Positions 15,888-18,895 of a DNA stretch of 18,895 nucleotides are shown here, one piece after another; the first letter of the stretch is position 1, and every line of letters begins with the position of its first letter. The DNA comes from a phage. The notes beneath the pieces were generated by a model. The model made no database searches. It was given only the letters and a program-made list of their open reading frames with translations, and had not been told where the DNA came from. The stretch lies in sequence record PZ049716.1; one strand, given 5' to 3'. The position numbers and the translations under genes are program-made.

Positions 15888-16597
15888 TGCTCACCATCCT
15901 TGCTGCTCAGCGGCAGCAGGGCGACGGCGGCGGCCTGTTGCAGGTGCCGGCCAATGCGGTCGAGCTGGTCGGCCAGCGGCTGGTTGTGCGCCGAGTTGCA
16001 GAAGCGCTGGGCCAGGCGCTGCTGCTGCTCGATCAGCCGCGCCTGCTCGTTCTCCAGGTGCTTGGCCGCCACGGCGGCCAGCAGCTCGGGGCTGCACTGT
16101 GGGCTGCCGGCGGCGGGGCTGAACTGGTACTTGGCGTGCAGCAGCAGGTTGACCGTGGGTTTGGACAACCCCAGCTGGCGGGCGATATTGGCCTGGCTCC
16201 AGCCGCCCACGAACAACTCCAGCACCCGCCGTTCTATTTCGCGAGTGACCAGCACGCGGCCGCTGGGCGCTTTCGGTGGAGCCATAAGGGCATCGAGGAT
16301 GTCCAGCACCCACTTGCGGAACTCGGCTGCCACCGGCGTGCGGGCGAACATGCCCAGCAGGTGGGCGCCGCGCAGGGAGAATATACGGGTTTGTTGAATA
16401 CCGCCGGCAGTCTGCAGATCGACTAAGGCGGTCATGCCGTCGGTGAACTCCGCAGCATTCTTTTCGTACAGCTTCCAGATAGCGTGATCCGGCCGTGCAT
16501 ACCCCAAGGCACCTCCGATCTGGAGGCCCCTTAGCCAATGCTGGCCATTGCGGTCGATAACGTCGAACTGGGTATCGCGGAAGGTGAGCGCTTTCAT
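15884..16597 (-). CDS. Bro-N domain protein with central helix-turn-helix and C-terminal coiled coil (237 aa); putative regulator / antirepressor
   Basis: ORF track; GGAG Shine-Dalgarno 7 nt before ATG 16597; N-terminus TFRDTQFDVIDRNGQHWLRGLQIGGALGY...EF...GGIQQTRIFSLRGAHLLGMF...AAEFRKWV matches Bro-N; GWSQANIARQLGLSKPTVNLLLH is HTH-like. Confidence 0.6.
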   Translation of the reverse strand: MKALTFRDTQFDVIDRNGQHWLRGLQIGGALGYARPDHAIWKLYEKNAAEFTDGMTALVDLQTAGGIQQTRIFSLRGAHLLGMFARTPVAAEFRKWVLDILDALMAPPKAPSGRVLVTREIERRVLELFVGGWSQANIARQLGLSKPTVNLLLHAKYQFSPAAGSPQCSPELLAAVAAKHLENEQARLIEQQQRLAQRFCNSAHNQPLADQLDRIGRHLQQAAAVALLPLSSKDGEQ

Positions 16598-16605
16598 GGT
16601 GGGAC

Positions 16606-16680
16606 TCCGTAAGGTTCAGTCAATGCCTGATGGATTAGTAGCCCATCAGGTGGTCGGGACTCAACTAGGGCCTTACGGAC
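16606..16680 (-). promoter_or_regulatory. Nested inverted repeats and promoter-like elements immediately upstream of the Bro-N gene
   Basis: Outer inverted repeat ccgtaagg (16607-16614) / ccttacgg (16671-16678); inner perfect palindrome cctgatgg-9 nt-ccatcagg (16626-16650); minus-strand -35 TTGAGT (16659-16664) and -10 TACTAA (16635-16640) with 18-nt spacer; the 3' arm of the outer repeat abuts the Shine-Dalgarno sequence. Confidence 0.45.
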
Positions 16681-16730
16681 CCCTGGCGCTTCTTCCCCCG
16701 AAGGGTGTTGTATCCGCGCTCTCATCCCGA

Positions 16731-16762
16731 CCATAAAAGCAAACGCCAGCCCGAGGGCTGGC
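16731..16762 (-). terminator. Intrinsic terminator inside the G / Bro-N intergenic region
   Basis: Minus-strand GCCAGCCC-TC-GGGCTGGC stem followed by GTTTGCTTTTAT. Confidence 0.5.
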
Positions 16763-16812
16763 GGCAGGCGGCGTGGTCAGTGCCGTGGCTGCCGTAAGGT
16801 TTAGTGCCTAAA

Positions 16813-16841
16813 ACACTAGCCCAGCGTTACCACCTTGGCAA
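16813..16841 (-). promoter_or_regulatory. Sigma-70-like promoter candidate on the minus strand
   Basis: -35 TTGCCA (16836-16841), 17-nt spacer, -10 TAGTGT (16813-16818); lies ~50-70 nt upstream of the terminator at 16731-16762. Confidence 0.3.
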
Positions 16842-16860
16842 CAGCTTTTCCATTTAAGGC

Positions 16861-16960
16861 GTCGCCGAAACGGCGACACCCGGCGCGGATGCCGCCAAAG
16901 GGGTGGTCAAAATGGCGACCCCTTTTGATGACACTACATTCGTCGCCGTTTTGGCGACGA
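16861..16960. promoter_or_regulatory. Array of operator-like palindromes with GGCGAC arms
   Basis: gtcgccg-aaa-cggcgac (16861-16877), half-site ggtcaaaatggcgacc (16905-16920), tcgtcgcc-gtttt-ggcgacga (16940-16960); centre-to-centre spacing ~40 bp. Confidence 0.45.
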
Positions 16961-17167
16961 AACCCCCAAGAAGGAAGCTCGTATTTTCGCCGGTTTTCCC
17001 GGTTTTCCCAGGCTCTGGCCCAAAACTCACTCCAGGCCTGATGCAGAGCCGTGTTTATAAACGCCCAAACAGCCCCGGAAAGGGCCAGAGGCACCCGGAT
17101 ACATACAACGGCAGCCCCCTGGGGGCCTTAAAACGCTTCTACGGGCCTTTGCGGCGGTTTGCGGTTT

Positions 17168-17656
17168 TCAGCCCTGCAAACGGGCCTGCAGGTGATCGCG
17201 GGCGATGGCGATGATCTCCGCTGCGTCATCATCGGAGATACCGAGGAACGGCCGCGCCGGAATGTCGCCCCAGGGGATGGGCGCGCCGCGACGGGTTTTG
17301 CCGAAGGCGCCCTTGAGCGCGCCGAACTGATGCACCGCACCGTATACCCGATCGGTGCCCACCAGCAGGGTGGCGCCTTCGACCTGCGGGAAGATCTGCC
17401 GCACAAGATCGCCACGCCGCTGCAGGATCTTGCCAGGGTTCGGCGACTTGGTTTCCAGGTAGCGCGGGCTGAGTGACTTCCAGGTCTGGCCATCCGGCCC
17501 GCGTTGCGCGCTGAAGCGGTCGCGGGTGCTGTTGACCAGCGCCTCGCCGATGTCCAGCAGCATCGGCCTTGGGTCAGTCAGCTCGGCCAAGGCGCCGCGA
17601 ATAGCCGACAACACGGCGGCGTTGTCGAACTCCAGCTCTACCCGTGCGCCGCTCAC
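17168..17656 (-). CDS. Virion morphogenesis protein, Mu G-like (162 aa)
   Basis: ORF track (GTG start overlapping the upstream stop); LLDIGEALVNSTRDRFSAQRGPDGQTWKSLSPRYLETK...VGTDRVYGAVHQFG matches the Mu gpG signature. Confidence 0.7.
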   Translation of the reverse strand: MSGARVELEFDNAAVLSAIRGALAELTDPRPMLLDIGEALVNSTRDRFSAQRGPDGQTWKSLSPRYLETKSPNPGKILQRRGDLVRQIFPQVEGATLLVGTDRVYGAVHQFGALKGAFGKTRRGAPIPWGDIPARPFLGISDDDAAEIIAIARDHLQARLQG

Positions 17657-18177
17657 AGCTCACCCTCCAGCAGCACCAGTTGCCCGGCCTGCAGGCGGCG
17701 GCGCACAGCAGCGATATCCAGCGCCTGCTGCACGCTGTTGGCCCCGGTATCGCCGCTCACCTGGTAGCGCACGACAAGGGCCAGGTCATCGCCATACACA
17801 TACACCAGGCTGTTGCTGCCGGCATCGAGCAGCACGGCGCGCGGCCGGGCCAGTGCGGCGGGTACGCTACCGAAGCGCTCGGCGGCGACGGCACGCGTAT
17901 CGCGCGCCTTGCCGGCCAGCATGCGCAGCATAGCCACGTCGCTGATGCCGATTACCGCCGTCAGCGGCGTTACCCCGGCGCCGGCCAGGCCGGTGACCAG
18001 GTTCGGGCTGATGCTGCCCACCAGCATGCTGCGGCCGCGATCCACGCCGTCCATCACCACATCATCGAGCAGGCGGCGCCAGTCGTTGTCGATCGCCCGG
18101 CTCACAGCACCGTGCTCCAGCAGCTGCTGCGCCATGCTCGCGGCCGGCGCTGCCGGCAGGCGTTCGGTCTTGCTCAT
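17653..18177 (-). CDS. Hypothetical protein (174 aa) between the F-like and G-like genes
   Basis: Start trimmed to the first ATG (18177), which overlaps the F-like stop (ATGA); its stop overlaps the G-like GTG start; fills the gap exactly; no family recognised. Confidence 0.5.
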   Translation of the reverse strand: MSKTERLPAAPAASMAQQLLEHGAVSRAIDNDWRRLLDDVVMDGVDRGRSMLVGSISPNLVTGLAGAGVTPLTAVIGISDVAMLRMLAGKARDTRAVAAERFGSVPAALARPRAVLLDAGSNSLVYVYGDDLALVVRYQVSGDTGANSVQQALDIAAVRRRLQAGQLVLLEGEL

Positions 18178-18863
18178 GCTGAGTTGCACCTGGCGCTCCA
18201 GGGCGCTGCGACCTGGTGCATAGCCCCAGCCGGGTCGATACCTTCGGGCACCTCAACGATCTCGCCCTTGTACTCGATGCGCCGCGTCTGGCTGGCCGGC
18301 GCCTTGTCCGGGCCATCCTTGCCCAGGCGCTTGAGGTCGCGCTCGTTCAGCGCCCGCACCCGGCATTGGCAGCCCCAGCCGTTGGGCGGGTAATGGGTTT
18401 GCCACCAGGGATCATCCGCCGGGATCACCAGGCCGTGCCACGCTTCATGCTCGGGGCGCGGGGCGATCACCGCATCGCTGTGCTCGTACATCCAGTAGGG
18501 CCGCGTGGCCTTCACCTCCTGCAGCTGCTGGTAGCGGCCGGCGGCGTAGCTGGTGCGCAGGTTCGTCTCGTAGATCACCCGCGAGCGCCAGGCGCGGCCG
18601 CCATCTGGCTGCCAGCCGTAGTTGTCCAGGACGGCGGCGAAGTCCTCGCGGAACGCCTCCAGGGTGTCGCCGTTGTCCAGGGCGCTCTGCAGCACCTGCT
18701 GAATATCCGCCACCATGTCAGCGCGGTGAGCCCCGGCCACCACGAAGGCGTGGTCATGCGCGGCGCCGCGCACGGCGAAGTAATCCACGCTCGGCAGCTT
18801 GCGGCGCAGGAACTCGTTCTGCTCACGGAACGGCAGGCTGCCGTAGCTGGCGGGTTCGGCCAT
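18174..18863 (-). CDS. Head morphogenesis protein, Mu F-like / SPP1 gp7 family (229 aa)
   Basis: ORF track; GAAHDHAFVVAGA...GRAWRSRVIYETNLRTSYAAGRYQQL...RPYWMYEH...PRPEHEAWHGLV...PPNGWGCQCRV matches the Mu F domain. Confidence 0.75.
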   Translation of the reverse strand: MAEPASYGSLPFREQNEFLRRKLPSVDYFAVRGAAHDHAFVVAGAHRADMVADIQQVLQSALDNGDTLEAFREDFAAVLDNYGWQPDGGRAWRSRVIYETNLRTSYAAGRYQQLQEVKATRPYWMYEHSDAVIAPRPEHEAWHGLVIPADDPWWQTHYPPNGWGCQCRVRALNERDLKRLGKDGPDKAPASQTRRIEYKGEIVEVPEGIDPAGAMHQVAAPWSARCNSA

Positions 18864-18864
18864 C

Positions 18865-18895
18865 AGCGCACCTCGTCCTCGATGTTCGTTACGCC
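18865..18895 (-). CDS. 3' end of the upstream late gene (probably portal), only the last 10 codons in the window
   Basis: Minus-strand frame ...GVTNIEDEVR-stop with TGA overlapping the F-like ATG (TGATG); portal inferred only from the usual Mu-type gene order. Confidence 0.3.

Noticed and set aside
16816-17094. 92-aa minus-strand ORF in the G / Bro-N intergenic region
   Set aside because: Begins with GTG and has no Shine-Dalgarno sequence; it spans the operator-like palindromes and A-tract repeats, and the composition is implausible (Trp/Arg-rich).
17111-17130. GC palindrome (gcccc-ctg-ggggc) just downstream of the G-like stop as a terminator
   Set aside because: Short stem with a minimal loop and no U-tract on the coding strand; the clear terminator is ~370 bp further downstream at 16731-16762.
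16903-17214. 103-aa plus-strand ORF in the regulatory region (possible divergent small gene with a GGGGTGG ribosome-binding site)
   Set aside because: Pro/Gly/Arg-rich, disordered-looking product with mixed GC3 and rare codons (AGA, AGG, GTA); it overlaps the operator palindromes and the 3' end of the G-like gene. Not fully excluded, but unsupported.
1-18895. CRISPR array, tRNA/rRNA genes, integrase/att site, diversity-generating retroelement
   Set aside because: No regularly spaced direct repeats, no tRNA-like cloverleaf candidates in the intergenic regions, no recombinase-like ORF, and no reverse-transcriptase ORF or template/variable repeat pair was seen in this window.

Overview
This 18.9 kb window is one long minus-strand late (morphogenesis) operon of a high-GC temperate phage or prophage, probably from a Pseudomonas-like host. 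It has no tRNA, rRNA or CRISPR array, and the plus-strand ORFs in the track are antisense artefacts of high GC. Gene order, from high to low coordinates: a Mu-type head module (upstream gene tail, F-like, a 174-aa unknown, G-like, protease/scaffold I/Z-like, DUF2190-like, gpT-like major capsid, gp36- and gp37-like), then a siphovirus lambda-type tail module (tail tube, chaperone with a -1 frameshift, tape measure, two paralogous fibre-like proteins, a 566-aa protein, a gpL/DUF2163-like tip protein, two small ORFs, and a J-like host-specificity gene running off the window start). This Mu-like head plus lambda-like tail mosaic is the layout of transposable siphophages of the D3112/B3 type. The most interesting feature is a 1.7 kb accessory cassette (15530-17167) inserted between the G-like and protease/scaffold genes, the position where Pseudomonas Mu-like phages carry anti-CRISPR/aca loci. 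It has its own lower-GC regulatory region with palindromic operators, promoter-like elements and terminators, a Bro-N/HTH protein, and an acidic 105-aa ORF of no recognisable family. Other points of note are an apparent frameshift splitting the tape measure gene, a 21-bp motif repeated after terminators upstream of two late genes, and a lower-GC fibre-like gene pair. All family assignments are from reading the translations by eye; no database search was possible.
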